Assembly (NCBI GenBank): GCA_039096225.1
Contig: JBBPEB010000003.1
Span: forward strand, 682,001 to 746,000
Source: Blastocystis sp. Blastoise
Lineage: Eukaryota > Protista > Bigyra: Opalinata
Reading direction: 5' to 3'
Length of the DNA stretch: 64,000 bases
Both the position numbers and the translations under genes were made by a program. Numbering within the stretch: position 1 is the first letter of the stretch; the number at the start of each line of letters is the position of its first letter. This document shows, piece after piece, positions 19,611 to 40,981 of this stretch. Below the pieces are notes generated by a model. The model was not told the origin of the DNA. It saw only the letters and a program-made list of their open reading frames with translations, and made no database searches.

Positions 19611-22600
19611 TTATTTTTTTATTCCAGTAATAAAAGGATGTTTACATAATGTAATAACATCTGCTCTTAGTTTTGTATCTTTATATAAACATTGAATAAT
19701 AAAATCTCTGCATTCATTTGATATTATTGGTTTTGAAGGTATATTCACTTGATTTGCATTTAATATTATTTTATTCTCATATATTTTATTTTGTGATATT
19801 CCATCTCCAAAAGGTTTCTTTCCAAATAACATTTGATATAATATTACTCCTATTGACCATACATCTACTTTCTCACTTATATATATAGGATTCTGACTCT
19901 CCGAAGAAAAACATTCTGGAGGCAAATACCTATATATAATAATAATATTATGATTATTAATAATAATAATAAAAAATTAAAAAAAAATTATATAAAAAAA
20001 TAAAAAGAATATAAAAAAAAAATACCAATAAGTTCCTGCCCCAGGTGTAGTTAATTCAATTCCTTGACTATTACTATTTGAAGTATCAAATTCTTTACTA
20101 AGTCCAAAATCTGATATTTTTGCTATACCTTGTGAATCAAATAATATATTTGCAGGTTTTAAATCATAATGAATAACTCTTGTAGGTTGTGAATGCATAT
20201 ATCGAAGTGCTGATAATAATTGAATAATAATACTTCTAGCTTCTGATTCTTTGAGTATAGAATATTGTTTAAGATATTGATCTAAATCTGGTCCACTACA
20301 ATATTCTAATACAGTTGCTAAAGTATTATCATCTATATGAATACTATCATATAAACGAACTACATGATCATGACGAAGACGCTATATATTTATTTATATA
20401 GTTTATTTAATAATCATTATTATAATAGTTATAATAATAATAATATATAATAATAATATACTATTTGTATATCTGTTTCACGTAAAGCATGCTTCACAAA
20501 ATCAGATTTCTTTTCAACAGACCAAGATGTATTAAGTTGATGAAATTTAATAGCAACTTCTCTGAATTCCATTAAATCATACGCAAGCCATACCTATATA
20601 TAATATAATATAATAAAACTATTAATAAAAATAAAATAAAATAAAAATAAAAAACACTACAAATTCTATTTATATACTTCACTAAATCCTCCTTTTCCTA
20701 ATAATCTTATTAATATATATCGATCTTGTATAATAGGTCGTGTATGAAATCGACTTGAATCCTCATCACGAATTCGACGTAATTCACGTATATGTATATT
20801 CTTTTCATATTCATAGGATTCTAATGATTCTTGATATTCTATCTATATATAAATAATATTATATATATATATTTATATAGATTATACTATAATAATAAAG
20901 AAATGAATACAATATATCTTATAATTATTAATATATATCAATACGTATATATTTATATTATCAATAAAATCAAAAAAAGAAAAAAATATAGAATACCATT
21001 TCTCTTTTAAGTAAAGCTGTTTTCATTTTTAATGCTTCACTTTTTACTGCATTTTCAAAATCAGTATCTTCTTGAGAAATACTATTTCGAGGAGCAGGTG
21101 CACAAAACGGCATTGGAGATATAAAATCATCATTTGAAGAAGTACATGTAGTTTTTATATTATTATTATTATTTATAGTAATATCATTATTATTATTTAT
21201 AGTAATATCATTAGTAATAGTAGTAGTAGAAGCAGAATTAGTATTATTTGTATCTTTATCTTTTATATTTAATTTTGGATTATTAATTTCTTTTTTTAAT
21301 TGTTTTTTCTCTTGTTCTAATTCTTCTTTTCGTTTTTGTAATTCAATATCTTTTGCTTTTAATTCATAATATTTCTATATATATATATAAATAATTTTAT
21401 TCCTAATAATATACTAATAATTATAATTATATATATATATATACACTTCCTTCTTGAAATGTATCTATGGGTTGATGACGAATACTTTCCATCGATAGTT
21501 TCCCCAATAATGGTGTTTTTAATGCTATTTCTCTACGTTTATTAATAGCATCTAAACTAGCATATTGTTCTATATATTGTTTTAATTCTAGACCTACTAA
21601 TGCATGTATATCTTGTATTTCTTTATCTTTTGATTCTAGATTTGTTTGTTGTTGTTTAATATCATTATCTTTTGACGTTATTGTATATTGTAAAGTTTCT
21701 ATTTGTTTTTCAAAATCTATCGCTTTTCGTCTCTCTTCTTCTAATAACTATATATATACATTATTTATTTTAAAAAAAAATCAATTCTAATAAATACATT
21801 TTCTAAATCTTTTATTTTATTTGTTTGAATAGTATTTAATATCGATATATCACTATTATTATTATCTTTATTATCTTTATTATTTTTATCTTTAGTTATA
21901 TTCGAAATAGGTATAAAATAATTATCAATAGTAGGTTTAAGAGGAGAAGAAGGTATATTATTTAATGAAGGAGGAATAAGAGGAGACATAGATGTAGTAG
22001 TAGCAGTAGTAGTAAATGTTAATATAGGTGTACCTTGTATTATTGGAGATATACAAGGAAGAGAAGAATTGACTACAACGACATCTTCTTGAGTTGATGA
22101 ATCTATATATATAATTATTATCATAACTATAAAGAAATATTTATTTTATATATACCAAGTGGAGAAATTTCTTTTTGTTTTGTTTGTTTTCGTTTTGTAA
22201 ATTTCTAGAATAATATAATAAATAAAATCTGATTTACATAAAAAAAAATAAAATTAAAATACAGTTGGATTCGTTTGTTTTCGACGTTTTCGACGACTTG
22301 TTGGATGTTCTTGATTCTATATCAAATATGTTATAAAAATATATGTTAATCAAATATACAGATCGACTTTCATTAGCTGACAATAATGAAGAACTCGCTG
22401 GCTCTTGAATCTATATAAAACACAATTAATAATTGAAATTAGTCATTCAATACATCTTGTTTGAGTTGAATGGAGTTTGAATTGACTTCTTCTATTTCAT
22501 CTGAACTTGATTTTGTGTCTTGAGTATTCAAAATGACCACTATGAAATTAAAATGAGTTTTAAATAAAATACCATTAGTCTGAGGCTTTTCTGAATCCAT
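19611..22600 (-). CDS. TLK: Tousled-like serine/threonine kinase
   Basis: LGKGGFSEV, VAIKFHQLN.SWS.EKK.DFVKHALRE, IHYDLKPANILF, GAGTYWYLPPECF; coiled-coil N-terminus; ~12 exons. Confidence 0.92.
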
Positions 22601-23174
22601 AGATAAACTGAATTATATTATAAATATAGATCTAAGAGCTTTACTAAGGAAGATCTTCTCAAAATATATTATTTTTTGAAAATTTTTAAATAATCAGAAT
22701 TCTTATTCGAATCTTACTGACAAAAAATAAAAAATCATTTATTTCGTTTTTAGAAAAATCTGTCTTTCTTTTGTAAATAAAATGACGTATTTCTCTTCAG
22801 TATAAAGTGATTCATGAATTTAAATACATTCATTGAATTCATGATATCCTATTCACTGTAATAATTCAATCTGAATACATAAGAAACATTAATCAATAAT
22901 TGCCGCCAAATTAATTTGATCATTGTAGGTTCTATAAATTATTCACAAATACGTTAGTTTCTTCTAACGAATTTCCAAAAACGAGTGAAGAATGAGTTGA
23001 ATATATTCATAGATCAATCTATACTCTAATTTAAGATCAATAAGAATACTGAAATTGATTTGAGTGTATTTTGAAACTTAGAAAAACACAAATATTTCGT
23101 TATTCACATAAAAGGGATCTATTTCTTCACTTTTTTCTATTTTAAACATATATATTATTTTTATAAATAACTAT

Positions 23175-24078
23175 ATGAATTCCTCGTTGTTATTAGAAGT
23201 ATTTTAATAATATAATCTTAATAGTTCATAATGATTTAGAAATCTTTGTTTGGTGAGTATATTTCAAAACGTAAATATGCTTCAGAGACTGGATTTATAT
23301 TAATGGATTCATCAAAATTAAAAAAGCAGAAAGGTATGTTATTTGAATAAATGATAATAAGCAAATGATAAGATGTTGTTGTTGTGAATGATATAAGTTT
23401 TCCAAAATATATTCCATATCCAGATCTTAATATGCAATCACGAACAGAGTATCCAACAGTAGGAAAACAAGATATAGAACAATATTGTTCACTATTTCCT
23501 TCTTTAAAAACAAATGAACATATTTATATAAATTGTATGAAGAAATGTGATCAATGTAATTGTATTGATGGAACTTGTATTCATCAAGTATTTCAATATG
23601 AAAAAAATTTGAATGGATTATTACAATTGGTAGAAGAATTAGAATCTATAAGTCTTCAATTACATTCATGTATTGAACAAAATGATATTAATAAAAGTAT
23701 AGAATTAAAAGAACAATTTAATGTATATTTATATATTTTATTCTAATGTTATCTATATAAAATATATATATATATAGTTAAAAACAAATGAAGAAAGTAA
23801 ATTATTATGTGAATTAATTAATAATAATACTTTAAAAATACAATTATTGAATGATTTATCTTATAAAATGAATGAATATTCAAAGAACCAGCAATTTGAA
23901 AATGCTGCTATTATTAGAGATGTCAAAAATGTATATATATATATATATATTATTTTTATTATTTTTATTATCATTATATATATAGACAATAGAAACAATT
24001 CAAGAAACTCATTTTAATGATAAAGAGAAAATTGATCGAATTACGAAGAGATTAGCTCAATCTTTAATAAAGAAATAA
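23175..24078 (+). CDS. Small hypothetical protein with UVR (UvrB/C)-like coiled motif(s)
   Basis: 5 exons in frame; KMNEYSKNQQFENAAIIRD resembles the UVR motif; Cys cluster CMKKCDQCNC. Confidence 0.6.
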
Positions 24079-24104
24079 ATAGGATAAATATATTTTTTTA
24101 AATA

Positions 24105-25608
24105 TTATTTTTGATGAATTAATTGATAGATTTGATCTGGTGATAATTTTGGTATTGAGTAATTATTTTTATACTATAAAATATTAAAAAAAATACATAT
24201 ATATATACATCTTTATTTTTTTTAATTTCAAAGAAATTTTGAATTAACTATAATAAATAAAAATAATAATTAAGAAAAATATAAAAAATACTCCTCGATA
24301 AAGAATTAATTGATTCGATGTAAAAACAGCTACAATTTGTTCATCACGATTTTCTATACGTAATTTAATAGTTTTAATACATTGAATAATATCCCGAATA
24401 TCTAAAGAATATTGATTTCCTTGTTGATCTATAAAAGAGACTGAATTATTTTCATGTCGAATAATAAAGCAATCATATATAGAATATTGATTATTTGTTT
24501 CTAAATCTCCTCTTTGTAAGATAGCTGCCCATATTGTATTAATAGGATTTGATAATTTCTTTTCTTCACCATTTATATTAAACATACCACATGAACAAAA
24601 TACAAATATTTTAGGTGTTTTACCATATACTGGATATATCCATTGAGTTGTAAGGGACTTTATAATATTAACATAATTAATATAGTAGAATAATATTATA
24701 AATTAAATAAATAATAAATAATAAATATATACTTTAGAATTATGATTACAAGGACATAATGTAGGTAATGTTTCAATACTTCCATTTAAAGAAATAATCA
24801 CTGGAGAAAGATGACTTAAACTAACTAATAATTTTGTATTCATTAATGTAGTATCATAAAATGGATATATATATTCGATCGAATCTTCTAATTGTAAACT
24901 TAAAAATGGCTTTTCCTATTAATATATTATTATTATTATAAGAAAGAATAATTTTATATATGTATATATATAAAAAAATAAAATAATAAAAAAATAAAAT
25001 AATAAAAAAATAAAATAAAAAAAAATTAAATCAACTATATACCAATGTAGATTTAAAATAATAACTATAAGCTGATAAAAGTCCATTATTATTTCCTAAT
25101 ACAATAATAACTTGTTTTTCATTTCCATAATGAAGAGCTATAGAACATGTACATTTTGAATTAATTGATATTGTTTGCTCTATAATAAATCTATATATAT
25201 AAGGTGAATCCAAAGCAGTATTAATTCCACGTTTATATGTAAGGGATAATAAAGTCATTGTACCATCAATTGTAATCACAAAAATATTATATAATCCTTC
25301 TTTAATATAGCAAGTACTCACAGAAGAAATCACACCTAAACCACCATAACGAATAGGCTGTGAACGAACATCCAACTAAAAATATATGAAAATAAACAAA
25401 TTTTGAACAATTAATTATCTTATAAGTAATAAATAAACTTTTTTAAATATAAATATACTGGAAAAACACATAATTCTCCTGAAGGATTACCATAAACGAA
25501 AGCAATTGTATTTTGATCAGCATTTAAAATCCTATGACATAATTTTTCAAATATCCCATCATGAAAAATATATGATTTATAGCAATTTAAAGGAATACTT
25601 TCTGTCAT
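24105..25608 (-). CDS. ITFG2-like (KICSTOR subunit) beta-propeller protein
   Basis: FVYGNPSGELCVF..GGLGVISSV..NIFVITIDGTMTLLSL and IVLGNNNGLLSAY parallel the ITFG2 N-terminus as I recall it; 5 exons. Confidence 0.5.
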
Positions 25609-25829
25609 TCTTTATATTATAAGAAATTAAATAATATTTATTTGTAGTCAACTTTAAATGATAGACATACTAACGATTGAATAGTAATTTGATATTTCTA
25701 TGATTTAATTGTAGAATAAACTAAGAAAAAATGAATTATTCTGGAAACTGGACAACAAGAAATACTTTCTTTGTTTATTCCTTTATTATTGAATATAGAG
25801 ACAATTTAATATTTTTAATAATATAAGAA

Positions 25830-27996
25830 ATGGAGAAGAAAGAATTTAATGCTGAAAATATCGAAGATTGGTGGAAACCAGTTGAACATATTAACGAAGG
25901 TGTTACTATAGGAATTGATTTTGGTACTACAAATTCATGTATAGCTTATTGGGACACAGAGATGAAATCAGCAGAAGTGATTGAGTTCGATGATAATCAA
26001 ACTATTCCTTCTGTTGTTGCCTTTGCTGTATTTTTTTATTTTATTTATATAGATATAGACATTTATATATGAACTATATATGAATAGAGTGAATCTAATA
26101 TATATGTGGGTAGTTCTGCTGTTGAATATGAAGAAACTTATCCATTGAGTTGTGTTTCTCATGTAAAGCGATTACTTGGTAAACGTTATGAAGATCCAGA
26201 AATATCAGATTTCAAGAAAGCACATCAATTTGAATTAATTAAGAATTCTTCTATTCAATCACCTCATCCTAATATTCAAATACGAATTCCTTTTGGACGT
26301 AATAATAAGAAATATTCACCTGAATATATTTGTACTTGTATTCTTAGTTATATTAAGAATTCTGTTGAAGGATATTTAGGTAAAAAAGTAGGTAATTGTG
26401 TTTTAACTGTTCCAGCTTATTTTTCTTCTTATCAACGAGAGTCTCTTTTATCTGCAGCAACAGAATCAGGAATAAATGTATTAAGATTAATTGGTGAACC
26501 TACAGGTAATATTTATATAGTTAGATAATTTTTTTTTGATTATTATTATTTATTTTTATTATATTTTTTTTTATTATATTTTTTTTTTATTATATTTTAT
26601 TTTAATTATTATTTTATTTTAATTATTATTATTATTTTATATTTATTATATTTATTATATTTATTATATTTATTATATGTTACTATATTTCTAGCTGCTG
26701 CTCTTTCTTATGGGTTGGGTGTAGCAGGTACAAAGAATGTAGTTATATGTGATTTTGGAGGAGGTACTTTTGATGTATCTATTCTACATATACATGAAGG
26801 ACAATTTAAAGTATATATATTATATTATTTATTTTAATAATATATAAATAATATTTTCATAATATATAAATAATATATCTTTATATATATATAGATATTA
26901 GGAATAGGAGGTGATAATAATTTAGGTGGTGAAGATATAGATCAATTATTATATACATATCTTATTACTACTTATTGTGATAAGCATAATACTTATTCTG
27001 AAAAAGAAAAAGTGATGATTTTGAGAGAAATCGAAACAATTAAATGTGAATTATCTACTTATAATTCTGTGAATATTTCTGATGAAATCACTACTCTATT
27101 TAATAAGAATAAAAAAGAAATGAAACCTATTGTATATACAAGAGAAGAATTTGATATTTTAATTGAACCTATTATTAAAAGATGTATATCTATAATATCA
27201 GGAGTAATGGGGGATGTTCATTTAACTATACAAGATATACAAGAAGTAGTAGTAGTAGGAGGATCATCACGATTATTATCCTTTCAAAAACAAGTCTCTG
27301 AATATTTTAATAATAAAGAATTATGTAAGGCAATTGATCCTAAAACATGTGTTGCTGAAGGTGCTGCTATTCAAGCTGCTGCTCTTTGTGGAGTAGATAA
27401 AGAATTATTAAGAAATGTATTAATGTTAGATGCTCTTCCATTAAATATTGGTGTAAAGACAACAGATGGTAAAATGAATGTGATTCTCCCGCGTAATATC
27501 CTCATTCCCGCCAAAAGAACTAGATATTTCAAAACATTTGAAGATAATCAAAAAGGGATTACAGTTGATGTTTATGAAGGTTCTGATTCTATTGCTGATC
27601 ATAATAAATTAATAGGTTCATTTGATATTCCTATAACTCATTGGGAACGAAAAGCTGGAGAAGAACCTGTATATATTTATATATATATAATATTCTATAA
27701 ATAAAAATATATAAATAACATTATATAAATAAAATTATATATATAGATTGGTGTAAGTATAGAAATGACAATAAATGGTGTATTAAAAGTGACAAGTGAT
27801 CATTTTGTAGAAGAAGATGATGGAACTCAAACTAAAACATTTATTATTCTTTGTATATATATACTTATGTTATTTGGGTTTTATTTATTTGCAAAACTAT
27901 ATTTTCAAGATGCTAGGTATATATATTTATAGTATTATTATTATTATTTAAAATATATTTAATTTATATAGAGATGCATTGAATCCTCATTTTTAA
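25830..27996 (+). CDS. Atypical Hsp70-family protein with a C-terminal transmembrane segment
   Basis: [43 protein letters not shown]; no helical lid or EEVD; ends [35 protein letters not shown]. Confidence 0.88.
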
Positions 27997-28133
27997 TGTA
28001 AACTTGTTTTCTTTTTAAATATTATTTTCTTCATATTATTGAAACAAACTTTTGTTTTACTCTTTGAATAAAATTTAAAAAAAATATTTCTATAAAAAAA
28101 TTCAAAACAAAACAAATAAATATAAAAACACAT

Positions 28134-31100
28134 TTAGAAGAACAATTGATATATACAGAAAACTAATGAAACAATCATAAATATACTTATAATTCCTATA
28201 ATAATAAATAAAGGGAGATAATCAGGAAATTGACCATAACTAATATTATTCTTATCATAATTTACATAAAATATCTTTTGAATATTTTGATTTTGATGAT
28301 TTTTTATTTCTTTATAAAATTCAGGATTATCATTCACTAGTATATCTATAGAATGAGTTATATTATTCAAAAGATCTTCTTGACATAGAATTCGATATAA
28401 AACTAGATATCCATCTGTTTTATATTCAGAATCAATAATATATAATCGATTTAAAGAAGGTAAATAGAACGTAGATAAATGTTGACTTATTAAGAATCGT
28501 AAATCTTCATAAGTCTGAGGATCAGAGAGAGAATCCATAGGTAATCCTTTATAATATATAGAAAATGTTAAATAAATAGAGTATTTCATAGGTATTTGAG
28601 TAATAGAACTATTTAAGCATCTTGTTGTATCAGCAGGTAACCATAATCCATTCATAGAATTCCTTAAGAAAGAACAATATCGTGATTGAATACCTATATA
28701 ACCAGAAGGACACCATTGAATAATTGTTGTATCTATAGATGTTTTATTCCATTCATATTCCTGTTGACAATATATATTTGATATATCTATTGTTATATTT
28801 ATAGAAATAAAAGTATTAAATTTATTATGAAGTGAAATTTCAATTATTGAAGTATATACTTCAAGTGGAGTTCCAGAAAGAATACCTGTTAATAAATCAA
28901 AAGAAATACCTTTTGGAAGTTTCCCTTTAATACTAAATCCAGTTATAAATCCACCTGAATAAGTAGGAATAACTATGGGGATCTTATGATATATCCATGC
29001 TTGAATAGAATAAAGAGGATAGGATAAAGAAAGTGGTATTAATTCACAATTTATTTGAGGTTCTTCCCAACCATGTAATACTGTACATTGACGTGTTTTA
29101 TTACCATAATAATGAATACTATCATCACAAGGAAGAACATTTATCGAATTCACAGGAGATTCGTTCCAAATAGTATCTTTTTCACAATATGTTCGAGTAC
29201 AATTATTTATTATAGGTTCCCATTCTGCAATAGAATTACAATATCTATATATATATCCATTAAAATGAATAGTATCAGGACAAGAATGATATCGATATGT
29301 ATTTGAAGAAGTAGATTCCCAAAGAATAGTATCAATTTCTTCTTCTTCACACATATATCGTATACATTCTTTATGTATAGTTTCCCATTTCATAGAAGAA
29401 TTACAATAACGTGTTTGAATACCTTGATAATGAGAAGGACAAGGTAAAGTAATTAATGTATTTACTTTAGTTTGATTCCAAATACCATCAGATTCACATA
29501 GATTATCTATACACGTATTTATAATAGTAGACCATTCATAAGTATTTGTACATTCTCTATAAAGTTCTCCATGAGTATCAAGAGGACAAATAGAAGTAAA
29601 ACGATGATTGGATAATAAATCAGGCCATATTGTAATTGTATTATCATTATTATAATTCATAGTTTGATGACAATAGGAATGTACTTTAATAGTAAATTCT
29701 GTACATGAATAGATAAATGTAGTTTTCAGAATTCCACATATAATATAAGAAGTAGAAGAGAAAGAAGAAGTAGAACAAGAAAATATACCTGTATTTGTAT
29801 CAAATTGATAAGGAGATAAAGGTGAAGGAAATATACTAAATGATGAAAATAAAGAAGAAGATGAAGAAGGAGAAATTTGAATAGAATCATTTTCATTATA
29901 TAGATATTCACGCTTATCATAGTAAAGGAAATTTTCTGATGTATATTGTATATCATAAGAAAAGAAAAGTGATGTTATCTGAAGATAATCATTATTTATA
30001 GTATTCACTATATATAGAATAATTATAATGTTTATTTTTTTGTTATTGTTATAATTATTATATTTATTATTATTTTTATTATAATATTTATTATTATTAT
30101 ATTTATTATTATAATTATATTTATTATAATTAATATATACGAATAACTAATTGAATAGAATTCCAATAAACATGATTTGAAAGTAAATAAAAAGACTGAG
30201 ATTGAACATTTTTTGTCCAATTTATATTTCTTTGTATATCAATAAGTATCCATTCATTTTCATTATCTGAACTACTTTTTATAGATCCAAATAAATTCCA
30301 TGAAGTAGGAGAATATTTCTTTACACTATTTACTATTGTATATTTATTAAATAAATATTTTCTATATATAGATGAAATCATATAAATAGTAGAATCAATG
30401 AATTCTATTAAAATAATTATATAAATTATTTATATATAAAAATATTAAAACAATATATATGGTATACTATAATAATAGAATAGATTCATATACGAAGGTC
30501 CATTAAAACGAATTGTAATTTTAGTATTAGCACTCTTTCCATAAAACATCGAATTATAAGAATTATCAAATAGATCAGAACATTGCCCATAAGAATTTAT
30601 AGGCAATTTACTTCCAGGAGTACATGTTATAGATGATGGCATATATAGAGGAAGAAGATCTAAAAGAGAAAATAAAATATATATTAAATTCTTTTTATAT
30701 ATATGAGATAAATAATAAAAATATAAATATATATACTATTAAAATCATGTTTTTCAATAATAATATTGAGTTTATCATCGATAGGATTTGATAATGAATT
30801 TATATGTGTTTCTATTCCAAGAATATAAGATACAGAAGAAGGAATAGAAAATAAAGAAAACGGGATTGATATTCTAAAGAAAAATTTATTTATATAATTA
30901 TAAAAAGAGAATATATATATATAATAATGTTAGTTTAAAAGAGAATTTTAAATAACATTTAAAAAATATAAATAAAATGAAAAAAAAAATTATTATTATT
31001 GTTTACTTTATCCATTGTGGACGTTGAATATAAGTTGTTGCTAATGTAGAAGGAAGAATAGGAGTACTATAGAAATAATATATATAATATAATATAATAA

Positions 31101-31995
31101 AAAAATATAATATAAAATAATTACTTAGGTAAATAGATTCTATAGATTTCAATATTATTAAAATAAAGAATAGTGCCTAAAGAAGTAAAAAGATGAATGA
31201 TTATTCCTTGAATAGGATTATTTAGTTGAATTTTATATCGATAATAACGAGTTGTAGATTGTTTAGGAAAATGATTTATTGTTGTTTCTAACCATTCTGA
31301 ATTCGAAATCAATGAATTTATTCTCCAATTTGAATCATATTGAGATATATTAGTATATTGTATTAAAGAACTAGAATCCATTAAGAGAATTGATAAAGAT
31401 ACTATATATATATATTATATAAACAAATATTTATATATACAATAAAAAGAATCAACTTTTCTTGTTAATGCTTTTTCTAAATTATATTCAAAAGTAGTTC
31501 GAAATAATTCTATTTCATTATAATTAAAAATAAGGTATGCATTATCATAGATAGAATACCAACCACCAGAACTATATAGAAAAAGAGAAAATAGTATCAA
31601 ATAAATATGTGAAAGACAAAAATAGATAAAAAAAAAGATAGAAAACATACCCAGAAAGCATTTCTATGAAATAATGATGGTTTTCTTTCATACAAACTGT
31701 GTCGTGAAATGTTTTATACGTTTCACTCTCTATTGATTCATGAGAATAAATAATAGTCCCATCCTCTGTAGTATCGTGAATAATCCAAGTCTCATTTGTT
31801 CCATATATACCTATTTGGCGTTCCATATTTATTTCAATTTCATCGTTAGAACACTCAGATACCACTATAGACATATAAAAAAGTTCATTCAGATGAAGAA
31901 TGGCAGAATTGTGTTGTTTCAGTAGTAGAGAAGGATAGAAATATACCGATAACAATGAAATACAGCCAAAGAAGAATGAATTTCATGGTTTTCAT
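28134..31995 (-). CDS. Type I membrane surface protein with HRM-like Cys/Trp repeats and a putative Ig domain
   Basis: Signal peptide MKTMKFILLWLYFIVI; five C..W..T..CP..G..R.C..W..C repeats; LPKGISFDLLTGILSGTP; C-terminal TM helix. Confidence 0.8.
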
Positions 31996-32416
31996 TATAA
32001 TAAAGAATAAAAAAATATATTTTTACAAAAAGGAGTTATTTTTCTAGTTTTTCAAACGTAGTAAAATAGATACTTTAGGATGGTTTACTAATAACATAAA
32101 AATATTTTTTATGTGAATAACAACTTTGTTGACATTGTTCACACATTAACACACAACGAATGTTAACACATTAAAAACGTAATGACATTAAAAAGAGTAT
32201 TTGAAACGAATTATTCACATTTTTGAATCACACATATAATAGACATACATCCGAATGATTAAAAAATACAAAATAAAAAGGATAGAATTCGTAGAATACA
32301 CAAATTAGAAACATAAAGATGAATAATAGTATTTAAATAATAAAACAAATGAAAACAAGAATGAAGGAATACTTTATGAAAAATAAAATAAAGAAATTAT
32401 GACAATGAAATAAAAA

Positions 32417-33653
32417 TTAGTTTGAGAAAACGAATAAATCATGGAAGAAAGTCTTGTATCGTTCTTTATTATAGATTTGAACAATTTTATTTAATGAAAT
32501 ATAGAATGAACTAGCTTCATTATACTCTAAAAAGAATAAATTAAAAAAAAAAAATAAGAAGAAGAATATACCTTGAAAAGTAGAAGGATGATTCTTTGAG
32601 AAACGTTTTAAATACATGTTATTTAATAATTCTAACATAAGTAAAATAGGAATCATATATGTAAGCATGAGTGTAAGACGTGAAATAGCTATATTTCCAT
32701 ATCTATAAATAGAATTATAAAATATATTTTATGAATTTTATTAAAAAATATAATAATATTATATATATATATATACGAAATAAAGAACCATGAGAAAAGA
32801 CTAATAATCCATAAAAAGAGTTCAACAAGCATTATATTTATATAGAATGATGAAATGTATAAGAATTAAAGAAAAAATTTATAATATGAATATAATAATA
32901 TGTTAATATTATATATATAAAGGATATTATAGGTAGTATTTTGAATTGATAGAGAACAAAAGAAATAATAATAGATATTTGAACTGTTAATTTAGCAATT
33001 GTGAATAAAGACAAAAATACATGTGTCCATAAAGGAAATAAACATAACTGATAAAAAACATATATTGTGAATAACTATATAAAGTTATATATATATATTA
33101 ATAATAAAATAATTATAATAAAATAATTTATAAATAAAAATAATAATAAATAATAAAAATAATAATAATAAATACACATAAAAGAAGACTTAAAGCGAGT
33201 GTGAATCTATAATTCATAACAAATGCTTTTGATTCTAACCATTTTATCCATGTTGTTTCATTTGTTATTTTACGAATAAACTAAGATTGAATAATTATTA
33301 TATATATATAACCATATATACTTCTTCACAACTCCTATATATATATAATAATAATAATATTAATTAGTATTATATTCAATATACATATCAGGGCGATAAA
33401 GACGAGCAACATCAACTTCTTTTAATGAAATCGTAAAACTATTATAATCAAATGTATTCGATTCATTATTTGATTCTGTTCTTGATAGAGAAGGTGAATT
33501 TTGAGTTTCTGTTGGACGACTATAGTTTCATAAAGATAATTAAGATAAAGAAGAAAACAAACAGAGATTGTGAAGCTTCAACGTCTGAACTATCTCTATA
33601 AAATTAAGAATGAGAAAAATAACTATAGAAAAATACGTTTTTTCTGTACTCAT
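32417..33653 (-). CDS. Hypothetical multipass membrane protein
   Basis: Starts MSTEKT; ~9 exons give a continuous frame only if the AT-AC intron 32857-32927 is removed; several hydrophobic helices. Confidence 0.65.
32857..32927 (-). other. U12-type AT-AC intron (71 nt)
   Basis: 5' ATATCCTTT, branch TTCTTTAAT, 3' TCTTATAC. Removal joins LPI|ISSFYINIMLVELFLW; the unspliced frame hits TAA. Confidence 0.9.
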
Positions 33654-34277
33654 TTGATTGATAATCTATAGAAATCAAGTGAATCAAATACTTCAAATCA
33701 AAATAACTGATGTATATGAATGAAGGAGACATCACAAACAAAATAAAAAAGAAATGCATGAAAAACATTGAATATAAAAACTTCGTATGATATATAATTG
33801 ACTTCATCTTGCATAAGAATCAATTAGATAATTAGAAAAAAGAAAGATGAGTCATGATCAAAAAGAAAAGGACGAGAAAAAGAAATCATTTTGATATGAA
33901 CAGATAGACAATACACAAGAAAAACAAAATAATATATATTTACTGTGTTTGAATGAGACTAAGTGCTTAAATCTAATATCAAATTAGTGAAAGAATTCTT
34001 GTTGTACTGATGGAAAACTGCTTCATTTTTGAGAAAGACCCGTGAGGAATCATATAAAAAGAAATCTCGGCTTTTAGGGAGGAAATAATATTTTGGGGGA
34101 AATAAAGTACTGAATAAGTCTGAATACATTTTGAGTGTTCTCAGTTCTCTTCAACGTGTTTCAGACAAATATTCAAATATTTGTTTAATTATTTTCATCT
34201 GTTTGCTTGATATATCGTTAAATATATCTTTAATAGTTTTAAAATACTTTGTACTTTGCAAATAGAATTGAAAAAAC

Positions 34278-40587
<6,310 letters not shown>

Positions 40588-40981
40588 TACATATATTAAG
40601 AATATGTATTTATTATTCTATTTTTTTCTATTTTCTATTTTTTTCTATTTTCTATTTTTTCATATTTTTCTTAATTAGTTAATCATATTTATTTAGTTTT
40701 TTTATATCCCATTTTTGATTAAATGTGTCTTTTATATATAACAATATTGAGATATATTAGATTGCTTGATATTTTTATTGAGATTTGTATAAATCATAAT
40801 GAATTCAAAAGCTGACAACGTTAAACATAATATCACGTGAAAAAACGACATTTTAATAGTGGAAATGGCTGAAAATGATATATAAAATATAACATATATA
40901 TATATAAAACAAAACAAAAGAGAAAAATTTTAAAATATATATAAGATATTTTGAATCCAAAATAAATAATAATAGTGATAA

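Noticed and set aside
22796-22876. C/D snoRNA in the TLK promoter
   Set aside because: No canonical C box; the hairpin is explained by two TCATGA palindromes.
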